A stretch of DNA of 64,000 nt from an uncultured Actinomycetes bacterium (GTDB taxonomy: Bacteria > Actinomycetota > Thermoleophilia > Gaiellales > JAICJC01): contig CAVSVU010000022.1 of NCBI GenBank assembly GCA_963731515.1, forward strand, positions 979-64,978. Direction: 5' to 3'. The notes below the pieces were generated by a model, which saw only the letters and a list, made by a program, of their open reading frames with translations, had not been told where the DNA came from and did no database searches. Shown one piece after another: positions 18,732 through 27,597 of this stretch (position 1 is the first letter of the stretch; every line of letters begins with the position of its first letter). Both the position numbers and the translations under genes were made by a program.

Positions 18732-19871
18732 CTCGCCGCTCGGCGCCGGCTCGATGCGGCCGGCGCCGAGGACGATGCAGAAGATGAGCGCGAGCGGGAT
18801 CAGCAGCGCTGCTCGCAGCTGGACGCGGCCGGCCGCGAACCCGATCGCGGCCGGCCCGGCGATGGATCCGCTGTACGCGATCAGGAGCACGCGCGAGAGC
18901 GCCACCTCAACCCCGCGCACGGCCGCGCCCGCGGCGCTCAGGACGAGCGGCACGATCGGGGCCAGGCCGGCTCCCATCAGGGCGAACCCGGCGACGCCCG
19001 CGCCCGGCGCCGGGACGGCCAGGGCGAGCGCGAGCCCCGCCGCGGCCGTGAGCCCGGCCCGGCGCGCGAGTGCGGCCGGCCCGATCGCCGCCACGATCCG
19101 GTCTCCTGCCAGTCGCGAGGCGGCCATCGCGAGCGAGAAGCCGGCGAACGCCGCGGCGGCGACCGCGGCCCCGGCTCCGGCGCGGTCGTGCATGTAGACG
19201 GCGCTCCAGTCGGCCGCGGCCCCCTCGGCGAAGAAGCTGCAGAAGGCGATTGCCCCGAGAATGACGAGCTCGGCCGACCACGCGGTGCGGCGGCGGGTGG
19301 ACGCGGCCGCCGGCGACTCCTCGAGTGGGAGCCCGGCGAGCACGGTGGCCGCCAAGGTGGCCACGACGATTGCGACGGCAGCGAAGTGCGCCTCGGGCAT
19401 GACCCCTGCCGCTGCCGCGGCGCTGGCGCCGAGCGCCCCGAGCAGGAGGCCGACGCTCCACGCGCCGTGAAAGCCCGACATCTGCGGCCGTCCGCGGTCG
19501 CGCTCGACCGCGACGGCGATGGTGTTCATGCCCACGTCGACGATCGCGCCGAGCGTCCCGAAGCAGACGAGCGCGGCGGTCAGCGCGGCCAGGTCGCCGG
19601 CGACGGCCGATGCGACGAGCGCCGCCGCCATCGCGGGGATGCCGCCGCGGACAACCGTCGCCGGCCCCAGCCGCCGGGCGAGGTGGCCACCCCACCAGCT
19701 GCCGAGCAGCGTCCCGGCCGCCATCCCGAAGAGCGCGGCGCCGAGCGCGGTGTCGGAGAGGTGAAGCGCGTGCTTGATCGCGGGCACCCGTCCCGCCCAT
19801 GTGCCGACGAGCGCCGCGTGGAGGACGAACGCGGTTCCGACGATGCGGCCGTCCCTGTGCTGCCACGGCAT
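18717..19871 (-). CDS. MFS transporter
   Basis: About 12 TM segments; WAGRVPAIK, DVGMN, MSGFHGAWSVG, EGAAADWSAVY. Confidence 0.9.
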   Translation of the reverse strand: MPWQHRDGRIVGTAFVLHAALVGTWAGRVPAIKHALHLSDTALGAALFGMAAGTLLGSWWGGHLARRLGPATVVRGGIPAMAAALVASAVAGDLAALTAALVCFGTLGAIVDVGMNTIAVAVERDRGRPQMSGFHGAWSVGLLLGALGASAAAAAGVMPEAHFAAVAIVVATLAATVLAGLPLEESPAAASTRRRTAWSAELVILGAIAFCSFFAEGAAADWSAVYMHDRAGAGAAVAAAAFAGFSLAMAASRLAGDRIVAAIGPAALARRAGLTAAAGLALALAVPAPGAGVAGFALMGAGLAPIVPLVLSAAGAAVRGVEVALSRVLLIAYSGSIAGPAAIGFAAGRVQLRAALLIPLALIFCIVLGAGRIEPAPSGELART

Positions 19872-19947
19872 CGCCCCAGGCTATCCCGACGGCGGCCCGG
19901 CCCTCCCCGGGCGCCGGCGAGGCCGGCGCCCGGGAGGAGGGATCAGA

Positions 19948-21024
19948 CTAGGACGAGGCGACGCTCACGTCGCCGACGGGCAGGCCGCCGACAGAGCCGA
20001 CCGGCACGAGCGTGCCGTGCGGGCCGATGCGGTAGCTGGTGATGCTGTTCAGGCCGCTCGTGAGGACGTCCAGGTACCTGCCGCCGGGCGTGACGGACTC
20101 GTCGAGCGGCTTGCTCGTCGATCCGGGGCTCGCGACCACGCCGCGCAGGTGCAGCCGGCCGTCCCCGCCGACGCGGAAGGCCGAGATCGTCCCGCTGCCG
20201 GCGTTGGCCGTGTAGGCGATCCGGCCGTTGATCGCGACCCAGCATGCGGCCAGCTGGTTCGCCGCCACCGGCCCGGACAGGAGCCGGAGCGTGCCGGTGT
20301 GCCCGATCCGGTACGAGCTCGCCGCGCTCGTCGGCGCCTGGTGGGCGTCCGAGACGACCAGCACGCCCCTGTGGGTGAACCCGAACCCGAACGGCGTCGT
20401 GCCCACGGACGCGAACGAGCGCAGGTGCCGGACGGCGCCGTCATGCCGCAGCGTGATGGTGTCGATCGTGTTCGAGGTGGTGTTCGTGACGGCCAGCGCG
20501 GTGCCGGCCGGGTTGAGCGCGATCTCGGCGGGGCCGGCGTCGCCGGAGGCGAGCGCCACGGATCCGTGATGGATGCGGCGCAGGCCGCCACCGGTGACGC
20601 GGAAGCCGACGACGTTCAGCCCGCCGGCGTTCACGACGTAGACGCGGCCGTCACGCGCGGTCAGGCTGGCCGGGCCCGTGCCGCCGGACGACACGACGGC
20701 CAGACGGGTCAGGTGGGTGCCGTGCACCGCGAAGACCGCGATCGTGCCCGAGCCGCCGTTCACCGCGTAGAGCCGGCGGCCGTCCGGGCTGAGCGCGAGC
20801 GAGCCCTGGGTCGTGGCGGCGACGCCGGTGCCGTCGCCGCCCGTCGAGACCGAGCCGGCCGGCGAGAGCGTGCCGTCGTGCGCGCGGGCGAAGGCCAGCA
20901 CGCGGCTCCCCGTTGTCTGGTTCGAGAGCGTGAACACGGCCGCGCCTCCGCTGTGGGCGGCCGCCGTGGCGGGGAAGGCCAGGGCGGCGAGCGCCCCGAG
21001 CGGTATCAACCATCGTCGCTTCAT
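19948..21024 (-). CDS. Secreted lactonase-family 7-bladed beta-propeller (3-carboxymuconate cyclase-like)
   Basis: Signal peptide; repeated LSPDGRRLYAVNGGSGTI, AACWVAI, YTANAGSGTISAF blades. Confidence 0.85.
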   Translation of the reverse strand: MKRRWLIPLGALAALAFPATAAAHSGGAAVFTLSNQTTGSRVLAFARAHDGTLSPAGSVSTGGDGTGVAATTQGSLALSPDGRRLYAVNGGSGTIAVFAVHGTHLTRLAVVSSGGTGPASLTARDGRVYVVNAGGLNVVGFRVTGGGLRRIHHGSVALASGDAGPAEIALNPAGTALAVTNTTSNTIDTITLRHDGAVRHLRSFASVGTTPFGFGFTHRGVLVVSDAHQAPTSAASSYRIGHTGTLRLLSGPVAANQLAACWVAINGRIAYTANAGSGTISAFRVGGDGRLHLRGVVASPGSTSKPLDESVTPGGRYLDVLTSGLNSITSYRIGPHGTLVPVGSVGGLPVGDVSVASS

Positions 21025-21115
21025 CTGCGTGCTCCCTCCGGGTGGGTGGGCCCGGCGGGAGGCCGGGCGTCGTGGGAAGGCACGCTACGGAGCCGGTCTT
21101 TCCGAGCCCTTGCCC

Positions 21116-21136
21116 GTTCCTTACAAGAACCGGAAC
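21116..21136. promoter_or_regulatory. Conserved motif copy 2 (GTTCCTTACAAGAACCGGAAC)
   Basis: 20/21 identical to 22642-22662; 28 nt upstream of a minus-strand TAGCGT -10 box of the beta-propeller gene. Confidence 0.7.
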
Positions 21137-21320
21137 TCTCGCCTCGTCGCTTCTTACGGGCCTGGACCAGCAGACGGGCCACCCCTCGCTGCACCTCGGG
21201 ATGACCCGCGGTAGTGGGACACCTCCAGCGCCGGGGGTGGCGTTCCCCTTGGTCGACGCCGGGCAGGTATCCACCGGTCTGGTTCACCCGGGCCGCCGAC
21301 TGTAAACACCTGGAAGACAC

Positions 21321-21611
21321 CTAGGCCTGGCCGATGACCTCGCAGACATCGACGCTGATGAACGTTGCAGGCGCCTCGGGCATGTCGCGGAGGCTGTTGA
21401 ACGTCGCCTCGGCACCCCGGGCATTCTCCTCGGTGTCGAAGAGCCAGAAGGAATGCTGGATCACGTCGCCGCCCTCGAGCGTGCGCGCCCAGTACCCGCC
21501 CGCAGAACCGGCCATGCCTTGCAGCATCGCAACGCCGTGTTGCTCGATCATCGCGAGCGTCTCGTCCTCCCGCCCCGGCTTGATCATGACCCGCCCGATC
21601 ACCGCGTGCAT
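21321..21611 (-). CDS. Small dimeric alpha-beta barrel (ABM-like) protein
   Basis: 96 aa; GGAGG RBS; MHAVIGRVMIKPG...GGYW...LFDTEENA pattern. Confidence 0.75.
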   Translation of the reverse strand: MHAVIGRVMIKPGREDETLAMIEQHGVAMLQGMAGSAGGYWARTLEGGDVIQHSFWLFDTEENARGAEATFNSLRDMPEAPATFISVDVCEVIGQA

Positions 21612-21699
21612 CAGGAACCTCCCTGCCGCTGGTTGCCAATCCCGCAGACCTTAGACAAGCCGAATCTGCACTTCTTCGACCGTGACTCACCCGGAAGCG

Positions 21700-21729
21700 C
21701 AGGAGGCCCGCCGGACGGCGGGCCTCCTG
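21700..21729. terminator. GC-rich hairpin downstream of 21760-22521
   Basis: CAGGAGGCCCGCCG / CGGCGGGCCTCCTG perfect inverted repeat. Confidence 0.6.
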
Positions 21730-21759
21730 GAGTTAGGACATGGCCTCGTGGGGCTGGTG

Positions 21760-22521
21760 TTAGAGGTTCTTGCACTCTCCGCGCTTGTGGCCCGCGACGA
21801 TGTTTGGCGAGCCGCCGGAGTCACCGATCTGGGCGCCGGGGACGTTGTTGAAGCACGACAGGTTCCCGCCGACGACGTTGGTGATGATCTCGTTCGCATC
21901 GGGATCACCGAAGCGGTTGCCGATCACCTGGACGTTGCCGCCGACCTGGGTTCGGATCAACCCGAACCAGCATGTGTGCACTCTGCGCACAACGACGTTC
22001 CCGCCGACCGTGCTGTCGTGGACGGTCGCGAAGAACGGGCCGCCGACCAGGCCCGTTGAGGAACAGTCCATCGACCGGCCGCCGCCGACGATGGAGATGT
22101 TGCCGCCCACGTGCTCCTGCTCGACGACGACCGCCCAGGCACCGTTGCCGGTCAGGTTCCCGCCGATGTGGTCGTTCGACTCGGTCGGGCAGCCAACCTC
22201 GTCGTTGCAGCCCAATCCGGCGATGCCGTCGTTTCGCACCGACACGTTGCCGTCGACGTTGAACGTCCCGGTGGTGAGGGTGTTCAGGAACGCGTGTCCG
22301 CGCACGACCACGTTGCCCTTCACATGCGCCGTGCCCTTGGCCGTCAACGTGCACGTGCCCGCGACCGTCAGCGACCTGTACGTCCCGGCCCTGATCGTCC
22401 CACCCCGACAGGTCACATGACCGAAATGCCTACTTGCACCCGCCGCGCCGGCCGTGCCGGCCGACACCAGCAGCAGGCCCAGAATCAGCCCACCAACTGC
22501 CATCCTTCGAAGCAACCCCAT
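21760..22521 (-). CDS. Secreted hypothetical protein with VxGNV repeats (beta-helix-like), 8 Cys
   Basis: Signal peptide, GGGAGGAG RBS, repeated VKGNV/VDGNV/IGGNL/VGGNI/VGGNV. Confidence 0.8.
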   Translation of the reverse strand: MGLLRRMAVGGLILGLLLVSAGTAGAAGASRHFGHVTCRGGTIRAGTYRSLTVAGTCTLTAKGTAHVKGNVVVRGHAFLNTLTTGTFNVDGNVSVRNDGIAGLGCNDEVGCPTESNDHIGGNLTGNGAWAVVVEQEHVGGNISIVGGGRSMDCSSTGLVGGPFFATVHDSTVGGNVVVRRVHTCWFGLIRTQVGGNVQVIGNRFGDPDANEIITNVVGGNLSCFNNVPGAQIGDSGGSPNIVAGHKRGECKNL

Positions 22522-22641
22522 CTCTCACTCCTCCCGTAGCGGTCCGCCCCACCCGCGCCACGAGTGTCGCCAAGGCTCGAGCTCGCGGCTTCACCCGTTA
22601 CGGGTGAGGCGGCGCTCGCCGGCCGGCGAGCGCCGGGTCGC

Positions 22642-22662
22642 GTTCCTTGCAAGAACCGGAAC
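22642..22662. promoter_or_regulatory. Conserved motif copy 3 (GTTCCTTGCAAGAACCGGAAC)
   Basis: Lies in the divergent intergenic region between the secreted protein and the Mo-oxidoreductase. Confidence 0.7.
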
Positions 22663-22714
22663 ACTGTGACGGGCGCGCGTGTAACACCGCGGCGCGACGC
22701 GCATACTGCGAGTG

Positions 22715-23395
22715 ATGGACGAACGACGCATCGGCCGGGCCACGTTCCTCTCGGTAGTGGGCGCCGGCACGATCGGCATGCTGTTCGGCGACCGCATCAC
22801 CTCCGCCCTGCACGGGCCGATCGCCGACGCCGGCTCGATCGTCCCGAACGCGATCAAGGAGGTCTTCCCCTCCGGCTGGCGCATCTACGCGATCAATCCG
22901 CCCTGGCCGACCTTCCACCCGGCCAGCTACCGGCTCGAGATCGGCGGCGAGGTGCGCAAGCCCCTCACGCTGACGTGGTCGGAGGTGCGCGCGCTCCCGG
23001 CGGCCTCGCAGACGACCACCTTCCACTGCGTGACCGGGTGGACGGTCTCGAACGTGCACTGGCGCGGGGTGCGCCTGCAGACACTCTGGGACATGGTCGA
23101 GCCGCTGCCGACGGCCCGTTATGTCAACTTCGTCTCGATGGAGCGGCCCTACGTCGACAATCTCTCGCTCGAGCAGTCGACGCTGCCGGACGTGATGCTC
23201 GCCCACACGATGGAAGGCAAGCCGCTGACGCAGGCGCACGGGTCGCCGATGCGGCTCGTGATCCCCGAGATGTACGGCTACAAGGGCGTGAAATGGCTCC
23301 ACCGGATCGAGCTCGTCTCCAAGCTCGAGCCCGGGTTCTGGGAGCAGAACGGCTACGACGTCGATGCCTGGGTCGGCCGGTCGAACGGCTACTGA
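22715..23395 (+). CDS. Molybdopterin-dependent oxidoreductase (sulfite oxidase/MsrP-like)
   Basis: FHCVTGW Mo-ligand Cys, WRGVRL, HGSPMRLVIPEMYGYKGVKWLHRIE, GFWEQNGY; Tat-like N-terminus. Confidence 0.92.
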   Translation: MDERRIGRATFLSVVGAGTIGMLFGDRITSALHGPIADAGSIVPNAIKEVFPSGWRIYAINPPWPTFHPASYRLEIGGEVRKPLTLTWSEVRALPAASQTTTFHCVTGWTVSNVHWRGVRLQTLWDMVEPLPTARYVNFVSMERPYVDNLSLEQSTLPDVMLAHTMEGKPLTQAHGSPMRLVIPEMYGYKGVKWLHRIELVSKLEPGFWEQNGYDVDAWVGRSNGY

Positions 23396-24026
23396 GCGGG
23401 GCCGGCCGCGGCCGGTCTACGTGCGCCGCTTCTGGCCGGAGGAGCGCTCGCTCCACTGGCTGCTGGCGGTCACGTTCCTGACCCTGCTCGCGACCGGCCT
23501 CATCCTCTACCTGCCGGTCTTCGCCGAGCTCGCGGCCAACCGGCGGCTGTGGAAGTCGATCCACCTCGGCGCCGCGATCGCGTTCTGGGCCGGCCTCGTC
23601 GTCCTCGTCGTGAGCGACACCGACGGTCGCCTGCGCCGCACCGCGTCCGAGGTCGACCGGTTCGACGAGGACGATGTGCGCTGGCTGGGCTGGGCGGTGA
23701 CCAGGCGCGGTCTCGAGCCGCCGCAGGGCCGCTTCAACGCCGGGCAGAAGCTGAACACGGCGTTCGTGTTCGGGCTCATGGTGGTGTTCTCGGTGAGCGG
23801 CGTGCTCATCTACCTGCAGGAGACGGACGCGGCCGTCCGCGGACGCACGAGCGCGATCCTCGTGCACGACGTCGCCACCTGGGTGGCCGTGCCGCTGGTC
23901 GTCGGCCATCTCTACCTGGTGCTCGTCAACCCCTCCACCCGCCATTCGCTGCGGGGGATGGTGCTCGGGACCGTGCGCCGCGACTGGGCCCGCCGCCACC
24001 ACCCCAAGTGGGAGGCCGATGAATAA
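23364..24026 (+). CDS. Cytochrome b/b6 domain membrane subunit (FdnI-like)
   Basis: RF..EERSLHW, QGRFNAGQKLN, four TM segments with His ligands, GHLYLV; start position uncertain. Confidence 0.88.
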   Translation: MPGSAGRTATERGRPRPVYVRRFWPEERSLHWLLAVTFLTLLATGLILYLPVFAELAANRRLWKSIHLGAAIAFWAGLVVLVVSDTDGRLRRTASEVDRFDEDDVRWLGWAVTRRGLEPPQGRFNAGQKLNTAFVFGLMVVFSVSGVLIYLQETDAAVRGRTSAILVHDVATWVAVPLVVGHLYLVLVNPSTRHSLRGMVLGTVRRDWARRHHPKWEADE

Positions 24027-24050
24027 ACGGGGTCAGACCCCGTTTATTCA
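24020..24050. repeat. 31-bp perfect palindrome (REP-like), copy 1
   Basis: TGAATAAACGGGGTC-A-GACCCCGTTTATTCA; identical copy at 57876-57906. Confidence 0.9.
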
Positions 24051-24887
24051 CGCCCCGGGCAGGAAGCGCTCGACTGCCTTGCGGGTCTCGCCGGGGCGCT
24101 CCATCCACGGGAAGTGGCCGCAGTCGGGGATCGTCTCCACCCGCGCGCCGGGGATGAGCGCGGCCGCCTCGAGCGACGAGGAGACGGGCAGCGGATCGCG
24201 CTCGCCGTGGACGAACAGCGCCGGCAGCTCCGTCGACGGCAGGCCGGTGGCGAGCGTGAAGCGGCCGAAGTGGTCGGAGATCGACGCGTTCGTCCCGATC
24301 GAGCAGTCGACGCCGATGTGCGAGGCCGGATGGGCCGGCGCGGCGTCGGGGTCGGCGAAGTAGCGCGGCCACACGAGCTTCGACCGCTCGACGAGGTCGG
24401 GCTCGGTGACCTCGCCGCGCCGGCGGCTCTCCTCGATCTCCTCGATCCGGGCGACCTCGTCGCGGCTCATCGTCCTGCGCAGGTTCGCCCCGAACTCCGC
24501 GAAGACGCGGTCGAACGCGCCGAGCGGGTCGATGCAGACGATGCCGAGCAAGCGGTCGGGGTGCGCGACCAGCATGTGCAGGGCCAGGTGGCCGCCCCAC
24601 GAGTGGCCGACGACCCAGGCGCGCTCGATCTCGTGGTCGTCGAGCACCGCGATCGCGTCGCCCATGTGCGCCTCGATGGTGTACGGACCGCCCACCGTCG
24701 AGGGTCGCGTGCCGCGCTGGGTGTAGCGGTGTGTGCGCAGCAGGCCCGCGAGCTCCTCCGCGAGGCCCTCCGTGTAGTCCGGCCACGCCGGGCCGCCGTG
24801 CAGGATCAGAGCCGGCAGGCCTTCCCCGCCACGATGGCCGGCGAGCGCGCCGTCACCGACCGGAACCGTGAACGGCTCCTCGCTCAC
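24048..24887 (-). CDS. Alpha/beta fold hydrolase
   Basis: LHGGP, GHSWGG, VHGERDP, CGHFPWME; TAGGTT-N7-GTG. Confidence 0.9.
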   Translation of the reverse strand: MSEEPFTVPVGDGALAGHRGGEGLPALILHGGPAWPDYTEGLAEELAGLLRTHRYTQRGTRPSTVGGPYTIEAHMGDAIAVLDDHEIERAWVVGHSWGGHLALHMLVAHPDRLLGIVCIDPLGAFDRVFAEFGANLRRTMSRDEVARIEEIEESRRRGEVTEPDLVERSKLVWPRYFADPDAAPAHPASHIGVDCSIGTNASISDHFGRFTLATGLPSTELPALFVHGERDPLPVSSSLEAAALIPGARVETIPDCGHFPWMERPGETRKAVERFLPGA

Positions 24888-24897
24888 GCGACTGAAC

Positions 24898-26220
24898 CTA
24901 CAGGAACGGCGCCCCCAGGGTCACGGCCAGAAGGGTGATCGAGAGCGCCGACGTCGCCAGCACCGTTAGGCCGGCGATGACGTTGAACAGGCGGCCGTTG
25001 CGGTAGTCGCCCATCAGCTCGCGGTTGCTCGCGAGCTTCCAGATGAAGATGAGCAGGACCGGGAGGAGCGCGCCGTTCACGACCTGCACGCCGACGAGCA
25101 GGGCGATGACGGGGATGCCGGGGATGATCGCGACCACGGTGCCGATCGCGATCAGGACGGTGATGACGCCCACGAACACCGGCGCCTCGTGAATGCGGCG
25201 GTTGATGCCCTTCTCGAACCCGAACGTCTCGGAGACGACGTAGGCGGCCGTGACCGGCAGGATCGCCGCGGCGAGCAGGCTCGCGCCGAGCAGCCCGACG
25301 GCGAACAGCACCTCGGCGTACTGGCCGGCGAACGGCTCGAGCGCCTTGGCGGCCTGTGCGGCCGACGTGATGTGGTGCTCGCCGTGCAGGTAGAGGGTGG
25401 CGCCGGTAGCGATGATGATGAAGCTCGCGACCATGTCGGCGAAGATCGAGCCGGATGTCACCTCGGCCCGCTCGGCGTTCAGCTCGTCGGTGCCGACCCC
25501 GCGCTCGACGACGGCAGATTGCACGTAGAGCTGCATGAACGGCGTGATGGTTGTGCCGGCGGTCGCGATGAAGAGGAACAGGTAGGCGCGCGAGGCGTGG
25601 ATGTTCGGCGCCACCACCGCGTGCCCGACCGCCCCCCAGTCGGGACGGGCGAGGATGGCCGCGATCGGGTACGCGAAGAAGGGGATCGTCATCAGGACGA
25701 AGATCCGCTCGGCCACCTTGTACGAGCCCCGGATCAGGAGCAGCCAGACCCCGACCGCGGCGATCGGCACGGACACCTGGGCAGGGATGCCGGCGAGGCC
25801 GAGCGCGGCGCCGATGCCGACGAACTCCGAGATGCAGATGCCGACGTTCGCGATCAGGACCGACGTGGTCGCAAAGAGCGACCAGCGCACGCCGTACTGC
25901 TCCCGGATCAGCTCGGCCAGACCCTTGCCGGTCACCGCGCCCATCCTCGCCGCCATCTCCTGAACCACGATCAGGGACACCGTGATGACCACCATCATCC
26001 ACAGCAGGTCGTAGCCGTAGCGCGCGCCGACGGTCGAGTAGGTGGCGATGCCGCCGGCGTCGTTGCCGGCGTTGGCGGCGATCAGGCCGGGCCCGAGGAA
26101 CCCGATGACGACGAGCAGGCGGGCGCTGCCGCGGCTAAGCGGGCCGCGCCGAGCCCTGCCGGATCCGCCGCGGAGCAGGCGGTCGCGATACGACCGGAGC
26201 CTCGATACTCGGCCCGCCAT
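24898..26220 (-). CDS. Nramp-related divalent metal (probably Mg2+) transporter
   Basis: GPGLIAANAGNDAGGIATYS, QEMAARMGAVTGKGL, GTTITPFMQ. Confidence 0.9.
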   Translation of the reverse strand: MAGRVSRLRSYRDRLLRGGSGRARRGPLSRGSARLLVVIGFLGPGLIAANAGNDAGGIATYSTVGARYGYDLLWMMVVITVSLIVVQEMAARMGAVTGKGLAELIREQYGVRWSLFATTSVLIANVGICISEFVGIGAALGLAGIPAQVSVPIAAVGVWLLLIRGSYKVAERIFVLMTIPFFAYPIAAILARPDWGAVGHAVVAPNIHASRAYLFLFIATAGTTITPFMQLYVQSAVVERGVGTDELNAERAEVTSGSIFADMVASFIIIATGATLYLHGEHHITSAAQAAKALEPFAGQYAEVLFAVGLLGASLLAAAILPVTAAYVVSETFGFEKGINRRIHEAPVFVGVITVLIAIGTVVAIIPGIPVIALLVGVQVVNGALLPVLLIFIWKLASNRELMGDYRNGRLFNVIAGLTVLATSALSITLLAVTLGAPFL

Positions 26221-26276
26221 CCACCCTCGTTCCCCTCCCCGTCGCCGGCACGGCGGCGACGATACCAGCTAGGTCT

Positions 26277-27542
26277 CTAGTCCGCGCCCAGCACGTCGAA
26301 TCGCCGCCGCCAGCCGCGCGGGAGCACCATCTCGAGCACGTCGTCGACGCTGACGACGCCCATGATCTGCTCGCGCTCGTCGACGACCGGGACGACGGTG
26401 AGGTCGTAGTCGGTCATGAGCCGGGCCACCTCCTCCAGCTCGGCCTCGGCCGAGACCCGCGGCGGCAGGAACGTGGCGACGTCGCCCATCGTCCGGTCGT
26501 CGCCCACGCGCAGGAGGTCGGCGAGCGCGATCGCGCCCTTGAGGCGGCGATCGAGGTTCATGACGTAGACCCAGGCGAGCGTGTCGGCGGGCGCACGGCT
26601 GCGCTCGATCCGCTCGATCGCCTCCTGCTTCGACGCCTGTGCGTAGAGGCACACGAACTCGGGGCTCATGAGCCCGCCGGCCGTGGCCGGGTCGTAGCCG
26701 GCCAGGGCGCGCACGCGCCGGCGCTGGACGGCCGGGAGCAGCCGCACGACCTCCTCGCGGCGCTCCTCGGGCAGGTCGCCGAGCAGGTCGACGGCGTCGT
26801 CGGGCTCCATCCGCTCGAGCAGCTGGGCCACCTCCGCGTCGGGCCGCTCCTCGACGAACTCGCGCCGGTGCTGGGCGTCGAGCTCCTCGTACACGTCAGC
26901 CTCGAGCTCGCCGTCGCCGCCGACGGCGTTCATGATCTCCCGGCCCTCGTTGTGCGACGCCGCCTCGACCAGGTCGGCCAGCTGGGCCGGGTGGAGCCGC
27001 GCCAGCTTGGGATGGGGCACGCGCAGGCGCACCGTGGGGACGTGACCGGTGAACGCCTCGACGCTCGCCCAGTCGAGGAACCCGCCCGGCGGCATGTTCG
27101 TGCCGACCCGCCGCGGCACGACCCGGCGGACGATCCCGCGCAGGCCAGTGTCGACGCCGACGACCCGGTACCAGCCCTCAAGCCGGGCGATCTCGATCTC
27201 GTTCGCGCGCACGAGCCGGGCGCCGTCGATGTTGATCAGCTGGCGGTCGAGCACGTCCTTGCGCAGCAGCACCTCGCCGGAGCGGCGCTCGAAGGGCTGC
27301 AGATCGAGCCTGTCCGAGACCACGTCGACGCGCGCATGCGCGATCTCCGCGAGCTCGGTGGCGGGAACGAACACCTGCCGTCCGGCGACGGTCGCGAGGA
27401 CGCCGGTGACGGGCGGGTAGTCCTCGCCCAGCCGCACGATCAGGTCGTCGACCTTGCCCAGCCGCCCGCCGTTGCGGTCGCGCAGGGTGCCGCCGACGAT
27501 CAGCGAGAGGTGCAGCACCATCGGCGGCGCGGTCGTGGCCAC
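26277..27542 (-). CDS. MgtE intracellular N-domain + CBS pair protein (no pore domain)
   Basis: PRC-barrel-like N-terminus, LHPAQLADLVE, MEPDDAVDLL, TAGGLMSPEF, GVVSVDDVL; TAGATT-N6-GTG. Confidence 0.9.
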   Translation of the reverse strand: MATTAPPMVLHLSLIVGGTLRDRNGGRLGKVDDLIVRLGEDYPPVTGVLATVAGRQVFVPATELAEIAHARVDVVSDRLDLQPFERRSGEVLLRKDVLDRQLINIDGARLVRANEIEIARLEGWYRVVGVDTGLRGIVRRVVPRRVGTNMPPGGFLDWASVEAFTGHVPTVRLRVPHPKLARLHPAQLADLVEAASHNEGREIMNAVGGDGELEADVYEELDAQHRREFVEERPDAEVAQLLERMEPDDAVDLLGDLPEERREEVVRLLPAVQRRRVRALAGYDPATAGGLMSPEFVCLYAQASKQEAIERIERSRAPADTLAWVYVMNLDRRLKGAIALADLLRVGDDRTMGDVATFLPPRVSAEAELEEVARLMTDYDLTVVPVVDEREQIMGVVSVDDVLEMVLPRGWRRRFDVLGAD

Positions 27543-27597
27543 GGCCAGAATCTAGTCTCCGCCACGCGGGCGGGGGCCGCATGGTTAGGGTGCTCCA

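Noticed and set aside
27543-27597. M-box/ykoK riboswitch upstream of the Mg-transport genes
   Set aside because: Only 55 bp of intergenic space with a leaderless-type -10 box; no room for the aptamer
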